Positions 18,444 to 28,055 of a DNA stretch of 52,765 nucleotides are shown piece after piece (the first letter of the stretch is position 1; every line of letters begins with the position of its first letter). Made by a program: the position numbers and the translations under genes. This DNA is from an uncultured Gammaproteobacteria bacterium (GTDB lineage Bacteria > Patescibacteriota > Microgenomatia > UBA1406 > GWC2-37-13): positions 1 through 52,765 of the forward strand of contig CAZDDM010000002.1 in NCBI GenBank assembly GCA_964504235.1, read 5' to 3'. The notes beneath the pieces are model-generated. The model was not told the DNA's origin and made no database searches. It saw nothing but the letters and a program-made list of their open reading frames with translations.

Positions 18444-18472
18444 TTGACAAAGAATATAACAGAAAGTATTAT
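18444..18472 (+). promoter_or_regulatory. sigma70-type promoter of the copper operon
   Basis: TTGACA (18444-18449), 17-nt spacer, TATTAT (18467-18472). Confidence 0.55.
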
Positions 18473-18477
18473 GTTTT

Positions 18478-18496
18478 AATCCCCCCATGAGGGATT
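18478..18496 (+). promoter_or_regulatory. candidate CsoR operator
   Basis: Inverted repeat AATCCC-cccatga-GGGATT immediately downstream of the -10 element and upstream of csoR. Confidence 0.45.
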
Positions 18497-18515
18497 ATGG
18501 ATAATTAATTTCTAT

Positions 18516-18782
18516 ATGGTAACAATACAAGATAACAAACATAGAATCCTTCATCGTCTGAAAATAGTTCGGGGGCACCTGGAAAAAATCATCGAGATGG
18601 TTGAAAAAGACACATATTGTATCGAGATCCTTAATCAGTCACTGGCGGTTCAAAAGGCACTAAAATCACTTGACGCGACGATTATGGAAGAACATTTGAG
18701 TACATGTGCCATTGACCAGATAAAAAAAGGGAAGAAGAATCAGTTTGTGCAAGAACTTATTGACATTTATAAATACAAATAA
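18516..18782 (+). CDS. csoR: CsoR/RcnR-family metal-sensing repressor
   Basis: 88 aa. 'RLKIVRGHLEKIIEMVEKDTYCIEILNQ...HLSTC' carries the C-H-C ligand pattern. Confidence 0.85.
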   Translation: MVTIQDNKHRILHRLKIVRGHLEKIIEMVEKDTYCIEILNQSLAVQKALKSLDATIMEEHLSTCAIDQIKKGKKNQFVQELIDIYKYK

Positions 18783-18785
18783 CAC

Positions 18786-20162
18786 ATGAGTAAAATATCA
18801 AACTGTACTTATTTTGTATCAGGAATGCATTGCGGTTCTTGTGAGGTACTCCTGCAAAAAAAGATCTCAAAACTCAACGGAGTGAGAGATGTAAAGGCTT
18901 CTTTGCAGGATGGATCGGTACGGATCACATACCATAAAGGTCACAAACCGCAGATTGCAGAACTAAATGATGAGTTTGCAGAACTGGGCTATTCGTTCTC
19001 AAAGAATGAAATAACTCCTGCACAAACACAAAGTACCTGGGCACAGGCACTGGTATTTATGGTTCTTTTTGGCATTCTGTATATCATAGTGGAAGATACC
19101 AAGTTATTCGGTCGATTTACTCTGGATGAAAGCTCTTCTCTCCCCGCCTTTTTCGGATTGGGTGTTATCGCAAGTCTTTCAAGTTGTGCTGCTTTGGTAG
19201 GAGGAGTACTTCTTGCCATGTCAAGACAATGGAACCAGCTGTACGGTGGTGTTGATGAAGGAAAACGGTTAACACCCTTTGTTCTCTTTAATGTCGGGAG
19301 ATTGATATCTTTTGCTATACTGGGAGGTCTTTTGGGGGTGATCGGTTCATTTTTCCAAATCTCGCTCCAGTTTACTGCTGTTCTCATTATTGCAGTATCA
19401 GTGGTCATGGGAATTGTCGGGTTGCAGATGGTAGGAGTGTCATGGGCAAAACGTTTCCGTCTCGGTTTCCCCAGATTTATTTCCCGTTATGCGTCTGATG
19501 AGCGGAATTTTAAGGGGAAATACATGCCGTTTGTATCCGGTGTTTTGACTTTCTTTTTACCGTGCGGTTTTACACTGATGGCACAAAGTATCGCGCTTAC
19601 TTCCGGAAATTTTCTGACTAGTTCTGTGATGATGTCAGCATTTGCAATCGGTACTCTCCCCGTTCTTGCCGGGATAAGTTTCTCAAGTTTCAAATTTCAG
19701 AAAAGTTCATCGTTCGGCGGGACTTTCAATCTTATTGCCGGTCTTTTTATTCTGCTTTTTGGATTTTACAACATCAATGCGCAGTTCAATGTGCTCGGAC
19801 TTCCGAGTGTCAGTGATATATTTGCCGGAACGTCATCCGTATCGCCTACCTCAGGCACTACTCTTGGGGTGACCATGAAAGGTGAAGGTGAAAATCAATA
19901 TCAGGAACTGACAATGATGGCAAAAGAATTCGAGTATTTTCCGAAAACGATCACGCTTAAGGCAGGTGTCCCGACAAAACTGACAGTCCTGAGTAACAAC
20001 GTGGTCGGTTGCGCCCAGGCAATGTGGCTGGGAGGTCTGTACGATGAAGTGATCTTTTTGAATAAACCCCGGTCTGAAGCTGAATTTATACCGGAAAAAG
20101 GAACATATAAAATCAGTTGTACGATGGGCATGGTTCCTTCCGTCATGGTACGTGTAGAGTAA
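18786..20162 (+). CDS. HMA domain - polytopic membrane domain (DsbD_2/TauE-like) - C-terminal cupredoxin-like domain protein
   Basis: 458 aa. N-terminal 'GMHCGSCE', TM core with 'SSCAALVGG' and 'LPCGF', and C-terminal 'FPKTITLKAGVPTKLTV...GTYKISCTMGM'. Confidence 0.8.
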   Translation: MSKISNCTYFVSGMHCGSCEVLLQKKISKLNGVRDVKASLQDGSVRITYHKGHKPQIAELNDEFAELGYSFSKNEITPAQTQSTWAQALVFMVLFGILYIIVEDTKLFGRFTLDESSSLPAFFGLGVIASLSSCAALVGGVLLAMSRQWNQLYGGVDEGKRLTPFVLFNVGRLISFAILGGLLGVIGSFFQISLQFTAVLIIAVSVVMGIVGLQMVGVSWAKRFRLGFPRFISRYASDERNFKGKYMPFVSGVLTFFLPCGFTLMAQSIALTSGNFLTSSVMMSAFAIGTLPVLAGISFSSFKFQKSSSFGGTFNLIAGLFILLFGFYNINAQFNVLGLPSVSDIFAGTSSVSPTSGTTLGVTMKGEGENQYQELTMMAKEFEYFPKTITLKAGVPTKLTVLSNNVVGCAQAMWLGGLYDEVIFLNKPRSEAEFIPEKGTYKISCTMGMVPSVMVRVE

Positions 20163-20183
20163 GTTAGTAATTCATCCCTTTTT

Positions 20184-22580
20184 ATGATTAAAAAAATATT
20201 TCCGATAGTCGGCATGCATTGTGCATCATGCAAAGCCCTGATAGAAGATGTAGTGAGTGATGTGAACGGAGTAACGGATGTGAAAGTTAATTATGCTGCC
20301 GAAAAAATGACTGTTTCCTACGATGAAGCGAAAGTAAGCATTGAAGATTTAAAAAAAGCAGTTGCGAGTGCCGGGACATATCAGCTTGTCGACAATCAAG
20401 AAGGAAAAACGGTCCTTGCCTCTCCGCCGGAAGCCAGGAAGATCGAAGGACATACGAATCAGAAAAATATGCAGAAAGGACATGATATGGACGGACGTCA
20501 TGACCATGGAATGACGCTTGATGAACAGATGCGATATGAAATGTACCAGCATCTGAAGAAAAAAGTCACCTTGATCGGTTTGGGTGCAGTACCTTTTTTA
20601 GGAATCATGTTCTGGGTGCTTATCGGTATCGATCTCGGGTTACCGGATCCAATGATGGTTTTCGGAGATATTTCTCTCGAAAATGCCGGAATATCCATTC
20701 CTCTATTTAATCTGCTGCAATTTATTCTTGCGACCCCGATCCTTTTTATCGGAGGGCGTGAAATTTTCCAAAGTGCGATAAGCGCGGCCAAAATCAGAGC
20801 CACCAATATGGATACTCTTATTGCAATCGGAACGTTTGCTGCATGGCTCTATTCGACTGTTGTCACGTTTTATCCTGCCGCATTTGCCGGAGTTGAAGGT
20901 GGGACGGAAGTATACTATGAAGCGGCAGTCTTTATTATTTTCTTTATCATGCTCGGCAGGCTGCTGGAAATGAGATCAAAAGGACAGGCTGCTGATGCCA
21001 TTAAGGCTCTTCTTCATTTGCAGGCAAAAGAAGCTACCGTCATTCGTGACGGCCGGGAACTGACAATTCCGATAGAGCAAGTTATGACCGGAGATGTAAT
21101 TATCGTCAAACCGGGACAGAAACTGCCGGTAGACGGCGTGATTGTTGAAGGTTCCTCATCGATTGATGAATCAATGGTGACAGGTGAATCTCTCCCCGTC
21201 GAAAAAAAGATTGGTGATGATGTCATTGGTGCCACGATCAACAAATCGGGATCATTCAGATATAAGGCGACAAAAGTAGGTGCAGAAACACTTCTATCAC
21301 AAATTATTCAGATGGTGGAAGAGGCACAGGCTACTGAAGCTCCTATCCAAAAACTTGCCGATAAAGTAGCTTCTGTATTTGTGCCCGTTGTTATGGTAAT
21401 AGCCGCACTTGCATGGATATTTTGGTACTTCATTGCCCCACAGTTCGGACTGATCGCAGATGCCAATACCTTCCAACTTGCAACATACATTGCCATAACA
21501 GTCCTTATTATTGCCTGCCCCTGTGCTTTGGGACTCGCCACTCCGACTGCCGTCATGGTCGGTACGGGATATGCTGCTCAACAGGGAATACTCGTCAAGG
21601 ATGCACAGGCACTTGAAATTGCCCATAAGCTTGAAGTAATTGTCTTTGATAAAACCGGAACGCTGACTATGGGGGCACCCGAAGTCCAGACGCTTGAACT
21701 TACTGATGAATCGTATGCTTCACTCCTCTACTCAATCGAAAAGGAGTCTCATCATCCTCTTGCAGAAGCTGTGGTCCGGTATTTTGAAGCAAAAAAAAGC
21801 GTTTCAGTGATGAAAGTAGGTCATTTTGAAGACATATCGGGAAAAGGAATTGAAGCCGAAATAAAAGGGAAAAAGGTTCTTGTCGGGACGGAGCGCCTTA
21901 TGAAAGAAAAATCCGTCATAATCTCTGAAACAGATAACAAACTGGCTGAATCGCTTCGTTTAAAAGCTCAAACCGTTTCTTTTTTCGCTGTTGACGGTAC
22001 CATTAGCGGTGTTATCGGAATTGCCGATTCCATTAAAGCGGATGCGAAAGATGCAGTAGCACGCCTACATGATATGGGATTGCGTACGGTTATGATCACC
22101 GGTGACAATACCATGACAGCTCAGACTGTTGCAAAAGAACTGGGTATTGATGAAGTTCTCGCGGAAGTGCTGCCCGGTGATAAAGCTACACAGGTGAAGG
22201 AATTGCAAAAAAACGGCGCTCTTGTCGCTATGGTCGGAGACGGCATCAATGATGCTCCGGCTCTTGCTCAGGCAGATGTCGGAATCGCGATGGGGACCGG
22301 TACTGATGTTGCGATTGCAACGGGAGATATTGTGCTTGTAAAAGGCACACTTGAAAAAGTAGTCGAATCAATCGATGTTTCAAAAAAGACATTGCGTATC
22401 ATCAAACAAAATCTGTTTTGGGCTTTCGGATACAATGTTATCGGAATACCGGTTGCGGCAGGAGTTCTATTGGTGCCTTTCGGGTTACTGCTCTCCCCGA
22501 TCATTGCCAGTATTGCAATGGCATTCAGTTCGATATCCGTTGTTTCAAACAGTTTGCGTTTGAAGTATTTAGTGCGATAA
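20184..22580 (+). CDS. copA: copper-translocating P1B-type ATPase
   Basis: 798 aa. 'GMHCASCK' HMA domain, 'CPC' in the TM region, 'DKTGTLT' and 'GDGINDAP'. Confidence 0.95.
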   Translation: MIKKIFPIVGMHCASCKALIEDVVSDVNGVTDVKVNYAAEKMTVSYDEAKVSIEDLKKAVASAGTYQLVDNQEGKTVLASPPEARKIEGHTNQKNMQKGHDMDGRHDHGMTLDEQMRYEMYQHLKKKVTLIGLGAVPFLGIMFWVLIGIDLGLPDPMMVFGDISLENAGISIPLFNLLQFILATPILFIGGREIFQSAISAAKIRATNMDTLIAIGTFAAWLYSTVVTFYPAAFAGVEGGTEVYYEAAVFIIFFIMLGRLLEMRSKGQAADAIKALLHLQAKEATVIRDGRELTIPIEQVMTGDVIIVKPGQKLPVDGVIVEGSSSIDESMVTGESLPVEKKIGDDVIGATINKSGSFRYKATKVGAETLLSQIIQMVEEAQATEAPIQKLADKVASVFVPVVMVIAALAWIFWYFIAPQFGLIADANTFQLATYIAITVLIIACPCALGLATPTAVMVGTGYAAQQGILVKDAQALEIAHKLEVIVFDKTGTLTMGAPEVQTLELTDESYASLLYSIEKESHHPLAEAVVRYFEAKKSVSVMKVGHFEDISGKGIEAEIKGKKVLVGTERLMKEKSVIISETDNKLAESLRLKAQTVSFFAVDGTISGVIGIADSIKADAKDAVARLHDMGLRTVMITGDNTMTAQTVAKELGIDEVLAEVLPGDKATQVKELQKNGALVAMVGDGINDAPALAQADVGIAMGTGTDVAIATGDIVLVKGTLEKVVESIDVSKKTLRIIKQNLFWAFGYNVIGIPVAAGVLLVPFGLLLSPIIASIAMAFSSISVVSNSLRLKYLVR

Positions 22581-22639
22581 TTTACACGTTCCTCACATTC
22601 AATACGTATACTTTCTTAATTGTTAATTGAGTTTAGTAT

Positions 22640-22840
22640 ATGAATATTAGTGAGGTGAAATCATTCGTACAGGAACATGACTGGAGAATTCTCATGACTT
22701 CCGTAGGACTGGCTGTAATCGCAACATTGTCTCCTGCTTATGAGACCGAAGTTGTACATGAAGTCTGTACAGATCAGGCCATACAGTCACCCGCTTCACC
22801 TGTACCTATTTCTTCTTCGGTATCTGCAGATACACAATGA
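22640..22840 (+). CDS. hypothetical small protein
   Basis: 66-aa ORF with no recognisable motif. Its 3' end overlaps a convergent 59-codon ORF. Confidence 0.3.
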   Translation: MNISEVKSFVQEHDWRILMTSVGLAVIATLSPAYETEVVHEVCTDQAIQSPASPVPISSSVSADTQ

Positions 22841-22985
22841 TGGCAAGGAGGAGAAAAATCAGAAACGGCAGGATCTGAATAAAGGTAAGACTGAGTAAGG
22901 CCAAAACGGCAAAAGCGATCAGCAGACTTTTGAGCGGCTTTTGTTCTCCAAGTGCTTTATTGATAGCATCAAGAACTGTTTGCAT
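22806..22985 (-). CDS. hypothetical small membrane protein (59 aa)
   Basis: Hand-translated: MQTVLDAINKALGEQKPLKSLLIAFAVLALLSLTFIQILPFLIFLLLAIIVYLQIPKKK. Two hydrophobic helices. No SD seen. Confidence 0.3.
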   Translation of the reverse strand: MQTVLDAINKALGEQKPLKSLLIAFAVLALLSLTFIQILPFLIFLLLAIIVYLQIPKKK

Positions 22986-23043
22986 ATGTATATATTGTAT
23001 CAGGTATGATCGGTTTGAGACAGTTTATGGCATACTCTCCCGT

Positions 23044-23748
23044 TCAAATTGTATATAAAATGTACGGCATCGCATTTTTTTTCTGAAGGAGAACCTGTTG
23101 TGAAACATTAAAAACCGGTACTTTTTCATTCAGCATACCTTTCGGACTTCCGTGATGAGCATGGCCATGGAATACGACAGTCGCACCGTATCTGTTTATC
23201 GGACTTGCAAGCCGTGAACATCCGAGGTACGGAAAAATCTCCGGCGGTTCTCCTTTGACTGTAGCCGAAATCGGTGAATAGTGCATGAGTACGACTTTTT
23301 TTTCCGTTGAGAGTCGCGAAAGGGCTTTCTCAAGGAGTATTGATTCATCCAGGCTTTCCTGGACAAAATCCTTAATTATCTTTTCTCCCCAAGGAGTGAG
23401 CATATAATTGTCAAAACCGCCACAGAACCCTTTGATACCGGCAAAGCCCACATCCTGTATGATTGTGGAATCACCGTCGAGTACGGTCACGTGTGTTTGA
23501 TGTAAAGCTTCTTTCAGTTTGTTACCCTGTCCGCTTTCTACATCATGATTTCCGAAAACAGCAACGGTCGGAATAGTGCAGGCTTCAAGATCTTCAATCA
23601 GAATTGAAAGTTCACTTTCGAGTCCGCGATCTGTAAGGTCACCGCACAACAGGAGTACATCTGCTTTGGATGAAATTTCCTGGAAAAGTGGCCGGTATTC
23701 TCCGCGTATTTCTCTGACGTGAAGATCTGCGGTTGCAGCAATTTTCAT
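23044..23748 (-). CDS. calcineurin-like metallophosphoesterase
   Basis: 234 aa with motifs 'DLH', 'GDLTDRG', 'GNHD' and 'GHAHHG'. Confidence 0.85.
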   Translation of the reverse strand: MKIAATADLHVREIRGEYRPLFQEISSKADVLLLCGDLTDRGLESELSILIEDLEACTIPTVAVFGNHDVESGQGNKLKEALHQTHVTVLDGDSTIIQDVGFAGIKGFCGGFDNYMLTPWGEKIIKDFVQESLDESILLEKALSRLSTEKKVVLMHYSPISATVKGEPPEIFPYLGCSRLASPINRYGATVVFHGHAHHGSPKGMLNEKVPVFNVSQQVLLQKKNAMPYILYTI

Positions 23749-24503
23749 GATTTGCGTTCAAAAAACTGAGTAATATCTTTATAACCCCAGTCGGTGTAAG
23801 CGATTTCATATTGTCTGTGAGAAAGAATGGATCCGCGACAGACTTTATCTTCAGGAGGCGGAATGGCCATCTGGTGCTTTACGCGGGACAGAAGTTCTTT
23901 CATAATCCATTCGGGAACTATGTGACGATCCGCGGGATAGGTAAACCTGAAAAGCAGCAGCTGAATAAGCAGTACCTCCCAATACGGTTCCATGTGTGTA
24001 AGAATGCGCTTCCAATCAAGAGTATTTCCGCACCGAAGTATCAAATGCGTGACATCTGCGCCGTCAAACTGACCTCTGCCCATTCGATAGGCTTTACTGA
24101 CAATGAGTTCTTCAGGTGGGGTGATACGAATAGACAAGCCCAGCACGTTTCCTGTCGGTGCTCGGCTGAACCATCCGTCAGTAATGGGCCACATGCTGGG
24201 AATTGATCCGAAGATAATGTCGGCAAAATAGTGCCCCTGATAGACCTTTGCAAGCCAACGGTCATCCTTAATTGAAACTTTAAACCCTTTGTCCTGAAAT
24301 TTTTTTAAAATACGCGGATAGTCGCCGGCTTTGCAGAATATATCAATATCTTTGGTCGGGCGGTCAATATCTGTGTAGTATTTGACGGCATATGTTCCCC
24401 CGATTACAAAAGGAATTTTAAATCCTGATAATGTTTCAAGAAAAACCCGATAAAATTTTTCGGCTTTTTTTTCATACTCAGGAGTAATTCCGACACTGGT
24501 CAT
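23745..24503 (-). CDS. minimal nucleotidyltransferase-fold protein (AbiEii/DUF1814- or NTP_transf_5-like)
   Basis: 'VIGGTYAVKYYTDIDRPTKDIDIF' matches the GG[ST]...R.[ST].D[IL]D polymerase-beta-like pattern. Start placed at Met56 (24503) because the longer ORF would overlap nadD. 4-nt overlap with the phosphoesterase gene. Confidence 0.6.
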   Translation of the reverse strand: MTSVGITPEYEKKAEKFYRVFLETLSGFKIPFVIGGTYAVKYYTDIDRPTKDIDIFCKAGDYPRILKKFQDKGFKVSIKDDRWLAKVYQGHYFADIIFGSIPSMWPITDGWFSRAPTGNVLGLSIRITPPEELIVSKAYRMGRGQFDGADVTHLILRCGNTLDWKRILTHMEPYWEVLLIQLLLFRFTYPADRHIVPEWIMKELLSRVKHQMAIPPPEDKVCRGSILSHRQYEIAYTDWGYKDITQFFERKS

Positions 24504-24599
24504 GAGGTGATAATAAGCAGAGATTGTGAAGATTACCGTTGGAAATAGATGAATATTGTGTAAATTAGTTCTTTTTTTCCGTGATAGAATAATAACGAT

Positions 24600-25196
24600 A
24601 TGAAAATCGGTATTCTGGGAGGCACGTTTGATCCTCCGCATGTCGGTCACCTTATTGTTGCAAGCCAAATCAAAGAGCGAATGACATTTGATCAGATATG
24701 GCTCATGCCGGTTGCGTCACATGCATTTGACAAAAAACTTTCCTCTGCTGAACATAGATTACGCATGACAGAAATCGTTTCTGATGGAGGTATTGTTGCC
24801 TCCGATTATGAAATTCGACTGGGGGGTATCAGCTCTACATACCATACAATGAAGTATCTTCGTGAGGAGCATCCGGATGATATTTTTTATTTTTGTATGG
24901 GGTCTGATCTTCTGGCGGACTTTCATAAATGGAATGATTGGGAAGCACTTGTTGAGGAAAATAATTTTGTGATTTATCCGCGGGGTCGTGACTATGAATA
25001 TCTTGAAAAAAAGGTTCAGGATGTCATGGGAGCAAACCGGATGTCACATATCACGATCATCGACGGACAGGACGTCGTTATAAACAACGTCTCCTCTACT
25101 CTGGTGAGAAGCCGGCTCAAAAAAAAACAGTCGGTCAAGTATCTTGTTCCCGAAGAAGTCATTTCGTATATTACAACTCATCACCTTTATAAATGA
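24600..25196 (+). CDS. nadD: nicotinate-nucleotide adenylyltransferase
   Basis: 'GILGGTFDPPHVGH' and a C-terminal 'SST.VR' motif. Confidence 0.9.
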   Translation: MKIGILGGTFDPPHVGHLIVASQIKERMTFDQIWLMPVASHAFDKKLSSAEHRLRMTEIVSDGGIVASDYEIRLGGISSTYHTMKYLREEHPDDIFYFCMGSDLLADFHKWNDWEALVEENNFVIYPRGRDYEYLEKKVQDVMGANRMSHITIIDGQDVVINNVSSTLVRSRLKKKQSVKYLVPEEVISYITTHHLYK

Positions 25197-25960
25197 ATAG
25201 CATTCCCCCAATACAAACTACCTCCGAAGTCGCTCTTGCGAAGGCCTTTATACAGACAACGTTCAAGGACACAAAACATGAAAATGTCATCATAGCTGTT
25301 TCGGGAGGCATTGATTCCGCGACGTCGTTATATCTTTTAAATGAGGCTCTTGATAAAGAAAATATTTTTGTCGTTCATCTGTATTATTTTGAAAAGTCAG
25401 TTGATACATTCCATGCAGTTATTGATCCTTTGGAACTGCCGAAGGAAAACATACTTCTCTACTCTATTAAAAACGTCGTTGACACGATTGTGCAAAATGT
25501 TTCGGCAGAAAATGATTCCGTCCGAACAGGCAATATCATGGCAAGGGTTCGCATGCTTCACCTGTTTGATTTGGCAAAAAAGCATAAAGCACTGGTTTGC
25601 GGTACTGAAAACCGTTCGGAATATCACCTGGGATATTTTACCCGTTTCGGTGATGCCGCTTCTGATTTTGAACTTATCAATCATTTGTATAAAACCCAGG
25701 TACGGGAGCTTGCTTCATATCTTCAGGTTCCTCAATCGATACTTGATGCCGAGCCGTCTGCCGGTCTGTGGGAAGGACAGACTGATGAAAAGGAACTGGG
25801 GTTTACATATGAAGAGGCCGATCAGATATTGTATCTTCATTTTGAGGAAGGAAAGACTGTGCAGGAGATCAGAGAGCAAGGATTTGAGCACGTTGACGCT
25901 GTCATGAGCGTTGTTGAAAAAAACAGTTTTAAGCACAAAGTGCCGTACGTGATGGGATAG
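25193..25960 (+). CDS. nadE: NH3-dependent NAD+ synthetase
   Basis: 'AVSGGIDSA' PP-loop. 4-nt overlap with nadD. Confidence 0.85.
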   Translation: MNSIPPIQTTSEVALAKAFIQTTFKDTKHENVIIAVSGGIDSATSLYLLNEALDKENIFVVHLYYFEKSVDTFHAVIDPLELPKENILLYSIKNVVDTIVQNVSAENDSVRTGNIMARVRMLHLFDLAKKHKALVCGTENRSEYHLGYFTRFGDAASDFELINHLYKTQVRELASYLQVPQSILDAEPSAGLWEGQTDEKELGFTYEEADQILYLHFEEGKTVQEIREQGFEHVDAVMSVVEKNSFKHKVPYVMG

Positions 25961-25961
25961 A

Positions 25962-27122
25962 TTAATATCTGACCATATCGCCGATTTTGTCCTTCAGTTC
26001 CTCAATCCCCTCTCCAGTAGCCGCTGAGAGAAAATGATACTCCTGTCCTTGAGTATTGGAAATGATTTCCTGCTTGTGCTGATGTGAGATCTTATCCGTT
26101 TTATTGAAGACGTATAGTTGCTTTTTGTCACCTATCTCCAGTTCCTCAAGTATGCTGTTCACTACGCTGATTTTTTCATACATTTTCGGATCGGATGCGT
26201 CGATCACATGCATCAACAGATCGGCATGAACTGATTCCATAAGGGTAGATTTGAAGGCATCTATAAGCGAAGGAGGTAAGTTCTGAATAAATCCGATTGT
26301 ATCAGAAACCATTATTTCCTGGCGGATAGCTGGAAGGTAGAGTTTGCCGACGGTGCTATCGAGAGTTGCAAACAACACATCCTTTGCTAGCTTTTCTTTT
26401 TTAGCAAGTTTATTGAATAGCGTTGTTTTTCCGGCATTCGTGTACCCTACAATTGAAACGGTCTGAAAACCTATCTGTTTGCGGCGCTGCAATTGTCTTT
26501 CCCGGTTCTTGACGAGCTCTGCCAGCTTATCACGGGTTGATTTGATAGCATCCCGCCAGTGTCGTTTCATAAGCTCGACATTTGTTTCTCCAGCTCCTCT
26601 TGTACCGATGCCTCCCGCTTGTCGGCCGAGTTCTTCAGACAATCCGTACATACGCGGTCCCATATGATGCATTTGTGCGAGCTGAATCTGCAGCTTTGAT
26701 TCAGTGGTGCGTGCATGTTTTGCAAAAATGTGCAGAATAAGATCTACCCGGTCCCACACTTCAATATTCGGGTTTACTTTCCAGTACTGCTGCAGAAGTT
26801 TGTATTGCTGTGTTGATGTTGCAATGCCGTTTATGATGACAATATCGATTTTAAATTTTGCAATAAGTACGGCCACTTCTTCGGCTTTTCCAGATCCGAT
26901 ATACGTCCCCGGATGAGGATTCGCCCGTCTTTGGATTATCTCCACAATCTTCCCTCCTCCGAGTGTCCCGATCAAGGATACCATCTCATCAAGATCCTGC
27001 TTTGCGTCTTCTCTCCTCACGGTCGGAGGTACCACATCAATCAAAATGTATTTCTTTTCCTGATCATTATGCATGGTGTAATTATATGATACGTTTCCTG
27101 GTTGTGGGCAGGAAGAGCTCAT
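25962..27122 (-). CDS. hflX: GTPase HflX
   Basis: 'GYTNAGKTTLFN' (G1), 'DTIGF' (G3), 'NKTD' (G4) and the HflX N-terminal domain. An alternative, perhaps more likely, start is the ATG at 27074 (MHNDQEKK...). Confidence 0.9.
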   Translation of the reverse strand: MSSSCPQPGNVSYNYTMHNDQEKKYILIDVVPPTVRREDAKQDLDEMVSLIGTLGGGKIVEIIQRRANPHPGTYIGSGKAEEVAVLIAKFKIDIVIINGIATSTQQYKLLQQYWKVNPNIEVWDRVDLILHIFAKHARTTESKLQIQLAQMHHMGPRMYGLSEELGRQAGGIGTRGAGETNVELMKRHWRDAIKSTRDKLAELVKNRERQLQRRKQIGFQTVSIVGYTNAGKTTLFNKLAKKEKLAKDVLFATLDSTVGKLYLPAIRQEIMVSDTIGFIQNLPPSLIDAFKSTLMESVHADLLMHVIDASDPKMYEKISVVNSILEELEIGDKKQLYVFNKTDKISHQHKQEIISNTQGQEYHFLSAATGEGIEELKDKIGDMVRY

Positions 27123-27141
27123 GGTACAATGATTTCAAGAA

Positions 27142-27648
27142 ATGCCAATACAAACCGACATTGCCAGGCTCCTTTCCTACAAAGCCGGCGAACATCTTGC
27201 TCTTGCAAAAAAAGCTTCCGAAGAAATCAATGAACAGATCGAAATAGAACAAAGCATTCAGGCAGTGATTCTTTTTCAGACAGCAATGGAAGCGATTATT
27301 AATGAAGAGGTTTATAATCACCCGCTTCTCGAAGAGGTCAAACTGGAAGAATATGAACTGAATAAGCGTTATAAATCGCTGTCTTTTAAAAATAAATGGA
27401 GAAAGGCCTATGAATCGCTGCAGATTAAAGATACGGAGCATATTGAAGAGTATCTCCAATTTTACTCAAAATATCGAAGTCCGATCTCTCATCCCCGGAG
27501 CAGATATCAGTCACTCGATAAATATACTTACAAACATGTCCTGGAAGGAATTGAATCAGGATGGTATGCGGCACAGCTCTTATTTGCTATTCTTGGAAAA
27601 GAACTTACTTCATGGAATGAATATGCGAAACGTATCGGAATAAAATAA
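27142..27648 (+). CDS. hypothetical all-helical protein with HEPN-like Rx4H motif
   Basis: 168 aa. 'YRSPISH' gives R112 (27475-27477) and H117 (27490-27492), about 50 aa from the C-terminus, as in HEPN domains. Confidence 0.5.
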   Translation: MPIQTDIARLLSYKAGEHLALAKKASEEINEQIEIEQSIQAVILFQTAMEAIINEEVYNHPLLEEVKLEEYELNKRYKSLSFKNKWRKAYESLQIKDTEHIEEYLQFYSKYRSPISHPRSRYQSLDKYTYKHVLEGIESGWYAAQLLFAILGKELTSWNEYAKRIGIK

Positions 27649-27725
27649 CGGGTTATGCGGTTCTTCTTACAAGTATTTGACCGGCCTATAACACTGCTTT
27701 GTACTCCTTCTCTTATTCTTAAAGC

Positions 27726-28055
27726 ATGAGAAGAAATAATATACTGAAAAACTCAATACAATCAGGTTTTGAGCTTCTGATAAAATCAGACCTGAGAAAC
27801 AACGTATTACTGCTTTTTGCACTATTTTACGGGATATATTTCGGATTTTTTAAAGGATTGCCTCTCATGCTGGATGTATCATACATAGCTGCTACGGTTT
27901 GGCTCATGATTCTGGGTCTGTTGGGATTGATTGCCGTTCTGAAGATTATTGTGATAAGTGTCATCGAAACCAGAAACATTGTATCGTCGATCTATAGCAA
28001 AGTGAAAGAGTCACTTCAGCCTTCTGTCTGGAAGGTCCAATCGGCTCATTCCTGA
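27726..28055 (+). CDS. hypothetical small membrane protein
   Basis: 109 aa with 2-3 hydrophobic helices. Confidence 0.5.
   Translation: MRRNNILKNSIQSGFELLIKSDLRNNVLLLFALFYGIYFGFFKGLPLMLDVSYIAATVWLMILGLLGLIAVLKIIVISVIETRNIVSSIYSKVKESLQPSVWKVQSAHS

Noticed and set aside
20349-22630. Numerous 60-110-aa ORFs antisense to or out of frame with copA, and similar nested ORFs inside trpB2, the GT-C genes, the DipZ-like gene and the MurF-like gene.
   Set aside because: They are fully embedded in long ORFs with strong family motifs and have no motifs of their own. These are typical shadow ORFs.
24504-24668. The N-terminal 55 residues of the 307-aa ORF 23745-24668.
   Set aside because: The extension overlaps the nadD start on the opposite strand and has low-complexity, non-conserved-looking sequence. 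The internal Met at 24503 gives a normal divergent intergenic region.
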